A stretch of DNA of 30,695 nt from Candidatus Nanohaloarchaea archaeon (GTDB lineage: Archaea > Nanohalarchaeota > Nanosalinia > Nanosalinales > Nanosalinaceae): assembly GCA_042217585.1 (NCBI GenBank), contig JBDGSJ010000038.1, positions 1-30,695 of the forward strand, given 5' to 3'. Shown here piece after piece: positions 7,528 to 17,893 of this stretch. The position numbers and the translations under genes are program-made. The notes under the pieces were generated by a model. That model searched no databases. It was not told the origin of the DNA and saw only the letters and a list, made by a program, of their open reading frames with translations. How positions within the stretch are numbered: position 1 is the first letter of the stretch; every line of letters begins with the position of its first letter.

Positions 7528-9168
7528 TCAGTTCTTGATATGTTCGATCACCGTGGCGAAAGCCGGCCGGGTGATCGAGATACCTATCATTATTCCGAGG
7601 ATGGTGGTGAAGGCGAAGTCGTGGATGGGTGCGAGAGGTGCTCCGGCAGGTCCGAGCGCCATTGTCATAGCTGATACGGCTATGGCGAAGGCTCCTATCG
7701 CCAGGTAGTGGTTGTTCGTGCCTCTTGTGTAGACCGTGTATCCTATCATACCCAGACCTGAGGCCCCTACCAGTATGCTTATCAGTCCGGGAGCTATCAC
7801 CGGGCTCATCGCCCCTATCGTCGAAGCGGCTGACGTGAAGATGACGAAGAAGGCCCTCTTCATCCTGTCACTCCAGCTGCTTATCTGTTCCTTCCCGGAT
7901 TCATCGGTGATTATTATCTGGTCATCGACCCCGGTACCTATGGCCGCCACTATTCCTGCTATCGCCGAAAGGCTGAGAGTGCCTATCGTGGTGAAGTAGG
8001 TCCCGAGAAGGATGTAGATCTCGGCGGCTCCAGTGAAGACTATCGGTATGGCGAGCCTTGGATCCCTGTACCGTACAAAGATTATGAATCCTACCGCCAC
8101 CAGCGAGAGCACTATTGATATCGTCGCAACAGTAATGAACTGCTCTCCATAGGCCGGATTGAGGGTCGAGATGCTCTCCGTCTGGACGGGCGCCGGCAGA
8201 CTCCCTGACTTCAGGATCGCCCTCAGCCTGCTCATCTGCTGTTTGGCCTCAGCCCTTGTCTGGGCTCCTCCCTGTATAATGGACCGTTCCTGCGGCTGGC
8301 CTGTCTTGAAACCGGATGACTGTGCGAGGGTCGTCTGCTGTTTACCGTCCAGGTAAAGGCTCATCAGCGCCGCTCCGCCTGACACGTTCAGGAGCCTTCC
8401 GTTCCCGACTTCGTAGTTCTGGAATATCTGGTGACGGCGTTCCGCCGCCTCTGTGCTTATGTAGACCGGGAAGCTGAACCGGGGCTGTCCCTGTCGCACG
8501 TACACCCGTGGCGATGCCCGTGAACTTGAACCGGCCTCTGGAACGCTCTCTATGTCTTTTCCGCTGTAGACGAGCGCCTCTATGTGTATCCGGCCCTCCT
8601 CATCGTACCTTGTGTATGTTATGTTGACCTCTCCCAGGTTGAACTCATCTCCAACACTGTAGTTGGCGAGTGTCTTTCCTGACTGCCTCACCACCAGCGT
8701 CGAGTTCCTGTCTATCAGGGTGTAGGAACCTGAGCTGAGTTCATAGGTCCTTCTCTCGGGGACCACGAACGGCATCCGTGCCTGGAAGCTTCCCTCCCGG
8801 GATATCAGGTTCTGGACCCTGGTAGCGTTCTGGTTCGACACCTTCACCATTATCCTCCAGCCGTCACTGAACCTTAGGAGCCGGACCGAGGAGTCGCCGA
8901 GGTTGGAGTTCGAGAGCCTGATCTGGAGTATGTCTCTTGTATCCGAGGCCATCTGTTTCAGTTCCGGTCCTGTGGCGTTCGTCTCCAGCGACAGTATCAT
9001 CTTTGTTCCTCCGGAGATCTCTATGCCTGTCTGGTTCTCGAGGTTGGTGACGAGCGCGATGTCTCCTCCCCTCTTATCGTAGTGAGGGAACAGCATCAGG
9101 GTAGAAACAATCAGTGCTATCCCGAGGACCCATATCCTCCATTCCTTGAGCAGCGGCTTCAGCTCCAT
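7528..9168 (-). CDS. secD: Protein translocase subunit SecD
   Basis: GIEISGGT, LKSGSLPAP, IGTGVDDQIIITDE, KRAFFVIFTSAASTIGAM, ITRPAF. Confidence 0.95.
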   Translation of the reverse strand: MELKPLLKEWRIWVLGIALIVSTLMLFPHYDKRGGDIALVTNLENQTGIEISGGTKMILSLETNATGPELKQMASDTRDILQIRLSNSNLGDSSVRLLRFSDGWRIMVKVSNQNATRVQNLISREGSFQARMPFVVPERRTYELSSGSYTLIDRNSTLVVRQSGKTLANYSVGDEFNLGEVNITYTRYDEEGRIHIEALVYSGKDIESVPEAGSSSRASPRVYVRQGQPRFSFPVYISTEAAERRHQIFQNYEVGNGRLLNVSGGAALMSLYLDGKQQTTLAQSSGFKTGQPQERSIIQGGAQTRAEAKQQMSRLRAILKSGSLPAPVQTESISTLNPAYGEQFITVATISIVLSLVAVGFIIFVRYRDPRLAIPIVFTGAAEIYILLGTYFTTIGTLSLSAIAGIVAAIGTGVDDQIIITDESGKEQISSWSDRMKRAFFVIFTSAASTIGAMSPVIAPGLISILVGASGLGMIGYTVYTRGTNNHYLAIGAFAIAVSAMTMALGPAGAPLAPIHDFAFTTILGIMIGISITRPAFATVIEHIKN

Positions 9169-10103
9169 GGCAGTATCTCACCCATCTTCTTCTCCAGTGA
9201 TTCGAACTCACCGGATCTGTACTTCTTGAGTATTATCGCGTTCCCTAGCCACGTGAAGGGCATGTCCGCGAAAAGCCCTATGACCATGACCGAGGCGATC
9301 TCTGAAAGCTCAGACGGACCGACCACCGCCATCGAAACAGCGTAAAGTATTATGAATCCTGCTATACCGCCTGAACTCATCGTCACACCCGTCTTTACGG
9401 AGTTCCAGATCCTCTCCTTCAGCGAGTTCCTGTCCCTCTGGAGGACCCTTGCCGAGAGAACGATGTCCGTGTCCACGGAGTAACCTATCAGCATCAGGAG
9501 AGCCGCGATGGATCCTCTGGTGAGGGGTATGCTGAACAGCGCCATCCCTGCCGCGGCGAACAGTATATCGCTTCCTGCCGCGAGTATCACGGCAGCGGCC
9601 GGTATTATATCCCTGAAGGCTATGAAAATCACGACGCTCATGACAGTGAACGCCAGTACGAACGCTATCTGTGCCTGCATGAAGAACTCGGCGCTCGCCG
9701 CCGCGGTCACCTCAGCGTACTGGACCACGTCCCTCTCAGTGACGTTCCTCTCAAGACCCCGGGAAAGAACATCTGCGGCCTCCGAGCTACCGTTGACCAG
9801 CGGGAGCGGGACCTCCACGTTGATGTATGTGTTCCCGGACCCGCTGCGCTGGATCATCGCGTTAGCACCGGGCCAGCCCTGGTCCGCGAACGCCTGCTGG
9901 ACCTGCGAAGTGGTCACGTCCCCGGACAGGTTGTACGTCATGGTGGAGCCTCCTCCAAAGTCTATCCCCTTGTCAAATATCTCGCCGTTATCGTAGTAGC
10001 TGTATCCGATAGCGAGGAAAGAGAGGAGTATCAGGGCTACAGGGACTATCAGGTACCTGTCGTAGTCCTGGTATATCCTGTCGAAATGCTTTTCTATGTC
10101 CAT
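9159..10103 (-). CDS. secF: Protein translocase subunit SecF
   Basis: GIDFGGG, FIAFR, AALLMLIGYSVDTDIVL, GLFADMPFTW.GNA; upstream of and overlapping secD. Confidence 0.95.
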   Translation of the reverse strand: MDIEKHFDRIYQDYDRYLIVPVALILLSFLAIGYSYYDNGEIFDKGIDFGGGSTMTYNLSGDVTTSQVQQAFADQGWPGANAMIQRSGSGNTYINVEVPLPLVNGSSEAADVLSRGLERNVTERDVVQYAEVTAAASAEFFMQAQIAFVLAFTVMSVVIFIAFRDIIPAAAVILAAGSDILFAAAGMALFSIPLTRGSIAALLMLIGYSVDTDIVLSARVLQRDRNSLKERIWNSVKTGVTMSSGGIAGFIILYAVSMAVVGPSELSEIASVMVIGLFADMPFTWLGNAIILKKYRSGEFESLEKKMGEILPWS

Positions 10104-10189
10104 AGGACGGATTCAATTTGAAATCCTTTTAAACTCACCGGAACATGGAAGACAATAAAAAAAGTACAGGACCAGTAGTTTTCCATAGA

Positions 10190-13069
10190 ATGGATTTCTC
10201 AAACTATACCGAGAGGGTCAACAGTTTTCTGACGGTCGAGGGACTGAAGAACAACTGGGCGGTCCTCGCCGTTGTATCAGTGTTCGCACTGGCTCTCTGG
10301 CTCCGTTACCTGCCCGAACAGGGGATGCGTTACCTACAGGCGGCGGACCCTTTCATGATATACAGGATGTCCCAGCATCTCGCTCTCTCGGGCCAGCTAC
10401 CTGCCACTGACTTTCTCAGGTACTTCCCGTACAACGCGCCTACATACCTGCTAAACCAGGGGAACATAATCTTCCCCGCGGTCTTCTACTGGATGGGGCC
10501 ATTCCTGTACTTCAAGAGCTTCTTCGAGTGGGCGCAGTTCTACCCTGCCCTGATGGGTGCTCTCGGTGCGGTGTGGATGTACTTCCTCGGGAGAGAGCTC
10601 TACGACAGGAAGACAGGAGTCTTTGCGGCCCTCTTCTTCGCCACGATACCCGGTCTGATGTACAGGACCTCCGCGGGCTTCTTCGAGAAGGAGCCGATCG
10701 GCATAATGTTCATGCTGCTTTCGATGTTCCTCTTCACCCGGGCCTGGAGGCGTGAGAGCTACGTCTCCGGCATAGGTTCGGGCCTGGCGTTCGGCTTCTT
10801 CACCATCTCGTGGGGCGGCTCCAGCATGCTCTGGCTTCTTTACCCGATGGTCGTGGGTATAGTGATGCTCCTGAACGAGGACACTGAGAGACTCATGGCA
10901 GCCTACGTGCCGACGGTGATCGTCGCAGGAGGCGTGGCCGCCGCCCTGAACCAGAGCAGGTTCTGGTTCACGCGCACCACTTTCATGGTAAACATGGGGA
11001 TGGTGAGCCTCCTCTGGAGCAGGTACGCTGTCGAGGAGTTCGAGCTCATCAGAGAGGACCGCCTGAAGTACTATGTGCCCGGGATGTCCGCGCTCGGAGG
11101 TTTCGTTTTCGCGATTTCCCCGCTGTTCTCTGACTATCTCGCCGGCATTATGATGAGGATAATGGCCATGGCGACGCAGTCGGCCGGAGCTGTGATTGCA
11201 GGGACCGTCGGGGAGAACCAGGCCGCGGGAGTCGGCCAGCTGATATCCAGCTTCGGCGCCAATTCGGCAGTTCGCTTCTGGGGGAACTGGACCGGTAGCG
11301 GAGCCCTCACCGGAATCGTGAACATCTTCACCAATTTCCTCGGTCCTTGGCCTCTCGCACTGGCAGGTTTCGCCGTCATATTCACACCTCTCGTGATAGA
11401 ACTTCTGGAGAAGTACGGCGTGATCGAAGGTGAGGTCTCGGGACTGGAGTATCTCGGGGCTCTTGAAGCAGTTTTCTCGGCGTGGATTGTTTCCCTGATG
11501 CTGTTCTTCAACGGCAGCCTGATAGCCGCGGCAGCGGGCGGCATCGGGATAGTGGCTGTCTACGGCCTCGTACAGAGATACGCGAACGACTCGGTCTTCT
11601 CCATATCTTCCATAATGACGGTTTTCGTGGGTATAGGGATAGGATTCGCGCTATTCGGCGGCATGACTATAGCGATCACGGTTCTGCCGATCTTCCTGGC
11701 TTTCATGGCTTCAGTGGGTCTAGCCTACTACTTCGGCCATCTCCCCAGGCCGAGGACCGACTGGGAGTGGTACAGGCTTCTTCCGGTCCTCTGGCTTCTG
11801 ACCAACCTTTTCGGGGCGATGACCAAGAGCAGGCTCCTGACGCTTGCCGCCATACCCGTGGCCTTCTCCGCGGGCGTGGCTTTCTCCCGCCTCGTGGAGA
11901 TAACCCGGTCGATCGACTACACCAGGATCGTCGAGGACATACCGCAGAGGAACGTGGAGCTCTTCGCGGTCCTGGCGGTTGTAGGCGTCATGCTGGGTGT
12001 TAACGTGTCCGCCGGTTACGTGGCGGCGAACAGCATAGGAGGAAGCCCTGGAACGCACTGGATCCAGGAGATGCAGTACATGGACGAGTACACCGAGGAC
12101 GGCTCGGTCCTGATGTCCTGGTGGGACTACGGTTACTACTTCGAGACCCTGGGCAGGAGGCCTGCAGTGGCGGACGGCAGCAACGCAGGTTACTACAGCG
12201 AATATTTACTCAACAAGACGAACTATCCGATAGCGAAGTACTTCACCTCCAGCCAGTACTACGCGGAGAACCACACGGAGTTCTTCGGAAAGCATTCGGT
12301 AGACTACCTGACACTTGACCAGAGCATGGTGAGCAAGTACGGCGCGGTGAGCCAGATCGCCCACGAGAATAACTCCGTGTACAACGTCATGAGGCCGGTC
12401 CGGAGCTACAAAGTCAGTTCATCAGGACCTGACAGCAGGACGGTGAAGATAGCGACCAGCTGGAGGCGTTACGTCAGGGCCGGCGGACGGATCACGATAG
12501 GCCGTGTGAACTACGGAGCCACGGTTGAATACACGCGCCAGAACGGCAGCTGGCTGATCTCGGAGGCGCCCTACGTTCAGAAGACCATACTGACGCCCTC
12601 AGGCAGATACGGGACGAAGGGCAGGATAAACTGCATCCTCACCGAGGACAGCGGCTACAAGACCTTCGGGGTCAACAACACTGTGAAAGTCTCGAAGTCA
12701 GGCGCGTTCGGCAGGAACACAGGCAGGACCGACACTCTCTGCCTGGCGGAGCACCCCTATGACACACTCGAGAAATCGACGATGCTCCCCGAGAACCGGA
12801 GAACCCGGCTTCTCAGGAGGAGGCAGCCCTTCGACGAGAACATCAGCATGGTTCTGGTGCCTCAGGACATGGCCCGGAACGCGCTCCCGGTCCTCTACTT
12901 CACGGACGGAAAGGGTATCGACTATGCCAAGAGGGTCAACCACCTTGACAGGGTCGTCAACGGGCATCCGCCCGGTTTCATCAGGGAGAAGTACTGGAAG
13001 GCCTACCTGAGAGACAGGGTAAAGCTCTGGAAGATCGATCACTCAGAGATCAAAGATGGTCCAAGATGA
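10190..13069 (+). CDS. aglB: Oligosaccharyltransferase (STT3/AglB)
   Basis: AADP, GFFEKEP, TVGENQ (TIXE-like), WWDYG, DQSMVSK (DK motif). ATG 10190 preferred because AATAAAAAA lies about 30 nt upstream; ATG 10145 is an alternative. Confidence 0.96.
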   Translation: MDFSNYTERVNSFLTVEGLKNNWAVLAVVSVFALALWLRYLPEQGMRYLQAADPFMIYRMSQHLALSGQLPATDFLRYFPYNAPTYLLNQGNIIFPAVFYWMGPFLYFKSFFEWAQFYPALMGALGAVWMYFLGRELYDRKTGVFAALFFATIPGLMYRTSAGFFEKEPIGIMFMLLSMFLFTRAWRRESYVSGIGSGLAFGFFTISWGGSSMLWLLYPMVVGIVMLLNEDTERLMAAYVPTVIVAGGVAAALNQSRFWFTRTTFMVNMGMVSLLWSRYAVEEFELIREDRLKYYVPGMSALGGFVFAISPLFSDYLAGIMMRIMAMATQSAGAVIAGTVGENQAAGVGQLISSFGANSAVRFWGNWTGSGALTGIVNIFTNFLGPWPLALAGFAVIFTPLVIELLEKYGVIEGEVSGLEYLGALEAVFSAWIVSLMLFFNGSLIAAAAGGIGIVAVYGLVQRYANDSVFSISSIMTVFVGIGIGFALFGGMTIAITVLPIFLAFMASVGLAYYFGHLPRPRTDWEWYRLLPVLWLLTNLFGAMTKSRLLTLAAIPVAFSAGVAFSRLVEITRSIDYTRIVEDIPQRNVELFAVLAVVGVMLGVNVSAGYVAANSIGGSPGTHWIQEMQYMDEYTEDGSVLMSWWDYGYYFETLGRRPAVADGSNAGYYSEYLLNKTNYPIAKYFTSSQYYAENHTEFFGKHSVDYLTLDQSMVSKYGAVSQIAHENNSVYNVMRPVRSYKVSSSGPDSRTVKIATSWRRYVRAGGRITIGRVNYGATVEYTRQNGSWLISEAPYVQKTILTPSGRYGTKGRINCILTEDSGYKTFGVNNTVKVSKSGAFGRNTGRTDTLCLAEHPYDTLEKSTMLPENRRTRLLRRRQPFDENISMVLVPQDMARNALPVLYFTDGKGIDYAKRVNHLDRVVNGHPPGFIREKYWKAYLRDRVKLWKIDHSEIKDGPR

Positions 13070-14193
13070 TATATCTCACGGTCTCACTGGCACTGGGATT
13101 CCTCACCACCCTGATAGGGACTCCCTACGCCCGAAAATACCTTCTCCTCTCCAAGATCTACGGCAAGGACCAGCAGAAGCCAGGTAAGCCCAGGCTTCCG
13201 ACGTCGGGTGGCGTCGCGGTCCTCTTCGGCTTCGTGGTCTCGGTCAGCACCTATCTCGGCCTCGTCTCCTTCCTCGGATCGGGTTCAGCCCGTCTGGAGC
13301 TGATACTTGCCTCACTCAGCTCCGTGACCATAATATCCATAATCGGACTCATCGACGACATCCACATAAATGTCGAGGGACTCGTGAGGGAGGAGACAGG
13401 AGAAGATATAGAAGTGGATCTCGGCGCGTCCGAGATAGAGACTCCCACGGACCGGCTATGGGACGCGTTCACCTCGGCCGTCTCCAGAGGAGATGTAGAG
13501 GAATCCGCGGAGGTCCACCGGGAGGGGTTGAGCCAGCTTCCGAAGATGCTTTTCGTCCTTCCGGCCGCGTTCCCCCTGATCGCAGTGGGGGCGGGTTCCT
13601 GGTCCATGAGCTTTCCAGTGGTGGGAGCCGTTCACTGGGGGATCTTCTACCCTCTATTCCTTCTTCCCGTCGGACTGTTGTTCGTCTCGAACGTGATAAA
13701 CATGCTTGCCGGGACCAACGGGCTTTCAGCCGGGATGAGCTTTGTTGCATCCACAGCTCTCGGCGTCTTCGCCTCGCTGAACGGTAGGTCCGAGGCAGCC
13801 CTGATAGCGTTCAGTATCTCAGTCTCGCTCCTCGCCTTCCTGAGGTATAACCGGTACCCCGCCTCGATCCTTCCCGGTGACTCGCTCACTTATCTGAGCG
13901 GAGCGGCTATATTCTCCGCGATAGTGATCGGAAACATGGAGAAGTTCGGCGTCTTCATATTCCTCCCCTGGATCGCGGAGTTCTTCCTGAAGCTCAGGAG
14001 CGGTTTCTCCGCGAGTTCATGGGGAATACTTCAGGACGACGGCAGTTTGAAACCTCAGCACGAGAAAACCTACTCCCTCACGCATCCCCTGATGAGGAGA
14101 GGACTCACGGAGAGACAGGTGACCTTGGTCCTCACGGGGACAGAAACTTTAATCTGTGTTGTGGGGATATTACTATTCGCGCCGATACCATGA
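13066..14193 (+). CDS. aglH: Polyprenyl-phosphate HexNAc-1-phosphate transferase (GT4/MraY family, AglH/Alg7-like)
   Basis: GKDQQK..P..PTSGG, IGLIDD, NVINMLAGTNGL, YNRYPASILPGDS, EFFLK; ATGA overlap with aglB. Confidence 0.85.
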   Translation: MIYLTVSLALGFLTTLIGTPYARKYLLLSKIYGKDQQKPGKPRLPTSGGVAVLFGFVVSVSTYLGLVSFLGSGSARLELILASLSSVTIISIIGLIDDIHINVEGLVREETGEDIEVDLGASEIETPTDRLWDAFTSAVSRGDVEESAEVHREGLSQLPKMLFVLPAAFPLIAVGAGSWSMSFPVVGAVHWGIFYPLFLLPVGLLFVSNVINMLAGTNGLSAGMSFVASTALGVFASLNGRSEAALIAFSISVSLLAFLRYNRYPASILPGDSLTYLSGAAIFSAIVIGNMEKFGVFIFLPWIAEFFLKLRSGFSASSWGILQDDGSLKPQHEKTYSLTHPLMRRGLTERQVTLVLTGTETLICVVGILLFAPIP

Positions 14194-16046
14194 ACAGTGA
14201 CGAAGTGACTGAAGATATCAAGGAGTTAATCGGGGACCGCTACTTCATAGTGCTTCTGGCGATACTTGGAATCGCGACGTTCCTCAGATTCAAGTACGCG
14301 TTCTTCCAGGGCATGTTCGTCGACGAGGGACGGTACGCCAGGATAGGGACCGAGATCTCGAAACACCTGATCAGCTACAGCGTGGACCCGCGGTGGCACG
14401 GACAGATAACCAAGTTCCCGCCTCTCTACCCCTACCTGATAGCTCTCTCGACCTACATATTCGGAAAGACGGAGACCGCGGTCCGCGTGGTCAGCCCGAT
14501 AATGGGCGTGATAGGTGTCGGCGTGTCCTACCTGGTCGGAAAACATTTCAGGAACCGCGAAGTCGGACTGATGGCGGCCGCGATGATGGCTGTAAACCCG
14601 ATCTTCTGGTTCCTCAGCGAGAGGATACTGATAGGCGCGACCTTCACCGTGGTGTACTCCGCCACTATCCTGCTCATGTACCTGGGGATGAACGACGATT
14701 ACAGGTACTCAAGGTACGCGCTCTGGGCGACGGGACCTGTGGCCGCCCTAACGCTGATCACGAAGCAACCGGCTTACAGCCTGGGTGTCGCGTTACCCCT
14801 TTACTTCCTGACCGTCAAGAGGAACGAAATCAGGGAACTCGTGATGGAGGACATCAGCTTCAGGAAAAGCCGGTTCTACGAAACACTTACAGACAGAGAC
14901 TACTACATATCAGCCGGCCTGGGAGTCCTGACGATCTCCCCGTGGATGCTCAGGAGCTTCGCGGTCTGCGGAAGCCCTCTATGCGGTCTTTCACGGGCCC
15001 TGGCGTTCACGAGCAAGAGCCCGAACCCTGTGCTGATCAGCGTGCAGGAGACCCTTTACTACCTGAAAACGATGCCACAGATACTGACCGGGCTTGTGAC
15101 ACTATTCGTCGTTCTACGGGTGGGCTCGTACATCTGGAGATACATAGATGAGAACCCCGACTACCTGATCAAGTTCACGGTCCTGTTCATAGCCGCGGTT
15201 ACAGCGGTCAACCTGATAGACTTCAGGTTCGCACCGTTCGTGATACTGACCCTGATATCCCTGCTCGCCAGAAGGAACGCGGAGAAACTCTCCTGGATAT
15301 GGATAGGCGTGGGGATCGGATTCATGTCCGTGACCGCCGTCAAGAACTTCAGGTACATAGTCTTCACCCTTCCGGCGCTGGTCACTGTCGCCGGGATCCA
15401 GATATGGAGGACCTCTGAGTGGATATCAGGCCACATCAGCGTGGAGAAACTCAAGCCCTGGATGATAGCGGCCGTTATAATGCTGCCCATACTGTTCACC
15501 TCCTACAACTCAGGGGTCGTCAGGGCTGCTGCAGGGTCCCCTGGTTCCGCGCCACTCGACCCGGCCGGGACCTGGTTCCAGAAGAACACGCCCCGGAATA
15601 CCACGATAGCAGCTAGCTCCCCGGCAGTGATGCGGTACTACGCCTACCCGAGGATGGCATTCAGGGCGCCTGACAACAGTTCAAAGTGGAGCTCCTTCAT
15701 CAGGGAGCACGGTATCGACTACCTGGTGGTCGATACATACGAGAGGACTCAGCCGAGATGGCTGCAGAAGGGAGTGCCTCCCTACCGACTTCCGAACCGC
15801 CTGAGAGCTATTCTGGCAAGAGACGGACGTCTCAGCTCAAAGGAGGTAAGAGCAGTAGCGGCCTCGTTCCAGAGAAGCATAAGAGACACCACGAACGTCC
15901 GGAGAAGCCTGGTCCCCGTCAAGAGCATAGGAAAGGTCCGGATGCCTCTCGGGAACGCACTCACTACAGGCAACAGGTCGTTCTTCACATCGAAAACCCA
16001 GCCCGCGGTACGTATCTACCGCGTCAACCGGTCCGCGCTGAGTTAG
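14190..16046 (+). CDS. GT-C fold glycosyltransferase (GT39/PMT/ArnT-like)
   Basis: VDEGRY acidic motif in first loop, PPLYPY, R..S...G, NP.FW..S, TKQ; multi-TM with extracellular C-domain; ATGA overlap at 14190. Confidence 0.88.
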   Translation: MNSDEVTEDIKELIGDRYFIVLLAILGIATFLRFKYAFFQGMFVDEGRYARIGTEISKHLISYSVDPRWHGQITKFPPLYPYLIALSTYIFGKTETAVRVVSPIMGVIGVGVSYLVGKHFRNREVGLMAAAMMAVNPIFWFLSERILIGATFTVVYSATILLMYLGMNDDYRYSRYALWATGPVAALTLITKQPAYSLGVALPLYFLTVKRNEIRELVMEDISFRKSRFYETLTDRDYYISAGLGVLTISPWMLRSFAVCGSPLCGLSRALAFTSKSPNPVLISVQETLYYLKTMPQILTGLVTLFVVLRVGSYIWRYIDENPDYLIKFTVLFIAAVTAVNLIDFRFAPFVILTLISLLARRNAEKLSWIWIGVGIGFMSVTAVKNFRYIVFTLPALVTVAGIQIWRTSEWISGHISVEKLKPWMIAAVIMLPILFTSYNSGVVRAAAGSPGSAPLDPAGTWFQKNTPRNTTIAASSPAVMRYYAYPRMAFRAPDNSSKWSSFIREHGIDYLVVDTYERTQPRWLQKGVPPYRLPNRLRAILARDGRLSSKEVRAVAASFQRSIRDTTNVRRSLVPVKSIGKVRMPLGNALTTGNRSFFTSKTQPAVRIYRVNRSALS

Positions 16047-16050
16047 CGCG

Positions 16051-16947
16051 ATGATAGCAGTAATCATACCCACTCTCAACGAGGAGGAGGCCATAGGAGA
16101 GGTCGTACGGGGTTTTCCCGACGAATACCGGGGACACGAAGTGAAGAAATACGTGATTGACGGCAGGTCCACTGACTCCACTGTCGAGAAAGCAAAGGAA
16201 GCAGGCGCAGAGGTCCTCCACCAGAGACTCGGCGGCGGGAAGGGGAACGCTGTGCGGGAGGCCCTCGGCAGGATCGATGCGGAATACTTCCTGATGATCG
16301 ATGGTGACGGGACCTACGATCCGGAGGAGATGGACCGACTTATGGACCCTCTGCTTGAGGGCGGGGCAGAGCATGTCATCGGTAAACGTGAACCGGAGAG
16401 ACCGGGGGCTATACCGCACCTGAACCGTTTCGGTAACGAGGTATTCAACATGGTGACCCGCTTCTCAACGGGAGAATCGGTCCACGACATGCTTTCTGGC
16501 TACAGGTCCTTCACCGCGGAATCGGTCCGTCAGATGGATTTCACCAGGCCTGGTTTCGGTATCGAGACCGAGATGACCTTTTCAGCCATCGAGAACCATG
16601 TCACCATGGAAGAGGTCCCGATAACTTACAGGAGGCGGAGGGGTGAAAGCAAACTTCATCCGCTGAAAGACGGCTGGAAGATAATAAACACGATAATCTG
16701 GAGTATAAGGGACATGAACCCTCTAAAGTTTTTCTCCGCTGCCTCACTCGTACTGCTGGTGGCAGCTTCCTATCCTGGTTACCTTACTGTGATGCAGAAA
16801 ATCCGGGCGGGAAAGATATACAACCTCGGGCCGGCGCTCTTCACGTCGCTCCTGGTAATACTGGCTTTCCAGATGTTCATCTTCGGACTGCTGGCCGACC
16901 AGATCAGGAACACGGAGAAGAGGCTAAAGGAGCGCATGATGAGGTGA
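16051..16947 (+). CDS. GT2 glycosyltransferase (dolichol-phosphate hexosyltransferase, AglJ/DPM1-like)
   Basis: VIIPTLNEE, IDGRSTDST, GKGNA, IDGDGTYDP, DMLSGYR, FGIETEM, GESKLHPLKDG, two C-terminal TMs. Confidence 0.92.
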   Translation: MIAVIIPTLNEEEAIGEVVRGFPDEYRGHEVKKYVIDGRSTDSTVEKAKEAGAEVLHQRLGGGKGNAVREALGRIDAEYFLMIDGDGTYDPEEMDRLMDPLLEGGAEHVIGKREPERPGAIPHLNRFGNEVFNMVTRFSTGESVHDMLSGYRSFTAESVRQMDFTRPGFGIETEMTFSAIENHVTMEEVPITYRRRRGESKLHPLKDGWKIINTIIWSIRDMNPLKFFSAASLVLLVAASYPGYLTVMQKIRAGKIYNLGPALFTSLLVILAFQMFIFGLLADQIRNTEKRLKERMMR

Positions 16948-16951
16948 AAGG

Positions 16952-17893
16952 ATGGAGGACCGTCTGAAAGCTTTTCTCAGGCTTTCCGCTGGCCTGGTAC
17001 TCCTGGCCGGGCTTCTCTACCTTTCGGATCCACGCAAGGTGGCTTCGACGGTTCTGGATGCAGAACCTCTCTATGTGGCCGGGGCGGCGGCCCTCTATCT
17101 GTCGACTTACATCCCTGTCTCGATGCGGTGGAGAAACCTTTCCTCGGGGATCGGGAGAGATCTCTCGCTGAGAGACAGCTTCGGAGTTATCTCGATCTCC
17201 TACGGGTTCAACCAGGCTCTACCCGGCAACTCCGGTGATGCAGTGAGGTCGAAGATCTTCCAGGGCTACCAGGAGATAGACAGCCACTCGTCAGTTCTGG
17301 GAGCCGTTCTTGTTGAGAGGTTCTACGACCTTGCCTCAGTGCTCGGTATAATCCTGATATCCATGAAATTTATCGCTGCTGGATATCTCGGTCGTATATA
17401 CTGGCTTCTCATACCATTCACGCTCGCGGTGACCGGGGTGACCGCCTTCATACTCTTCGGGACAGACCGGGTCGAACGTATCGCTGACCACCTGCCCGAA
17501 CGGATCAAAGGGCCTTTCCTGAGGATCTCCCAGGGGATAGAGAAGAGTTCAAGAGCGTCAACGCTGGAGAACATAAGTTACTCGGCGTACAAGTGGGTGG
17601 CCGAGGCCGTGATCTTCTACATGCTAGCGGTTTCACTGGGACTCGGTGTCAGCTTCTGGGAGGCCGCCTTCGTAACCTCGGTGATGAGCCTGGTGTCATC
17701 TCTACCAATAACGCCCGCCGGAGTGGGACCTGTCGAGACCGTGGGCGCGGGTCTTCTCGGAGCGATGGGGCTCGGGTACTCGGGGGCTCTTTCACTGATT
17801 CTGGTCCAGCGCAGTATCGGAGTTAGCCTTACAGCGCTACTGGGATTCGCCGTTTACTGGGCTGATCTCGGGGGCTCAGAAATCGATATCTGA
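16952..17893 (+). CDS. Lysylphosphatidylglycerol-synthase TM domain (UPF0104) flippase-like protein
   Basis: RW, N.ALPG.SGDAVR, VERFYD, LPITPAGVGPVE, R near C-terminus. Confidence 0.9.
   Translation: MEDRLKAFLRLSAGLVLLAGLLYLSDPRKVASTVLDAEPLYVAGAAALYLSTYIPVSMRWRNLSSGIGRDLSLRDSFGVISISYGFNQALPGNSGDAVRSKIFQGYQEIDSHSSVLGAVLVERFYDLASVLGIILISMKFIAAGYLGRIYWLLIPFTLAVTGVTAFILFGTDRVERIADHLPERIKGPFLRISQGIEKSSRASTLENISYSAYKWVAEAVIFYMLAVSLGLGVSFWEAAFVTSVMSLVSSLPITPAGVGPVETVGAGLLGAMGLGYSGALSLILVQRSIGVSLTALLGFAVYWADLGGSEIDI

Noticed and set aside
17876..17893. Flippase-like protein ending EIDI, resembling the IDF tail
   Set aside because: Probably a by-product of the 18-bp convergent overlap with the AlkP-1 end across a near-palindromic sequence
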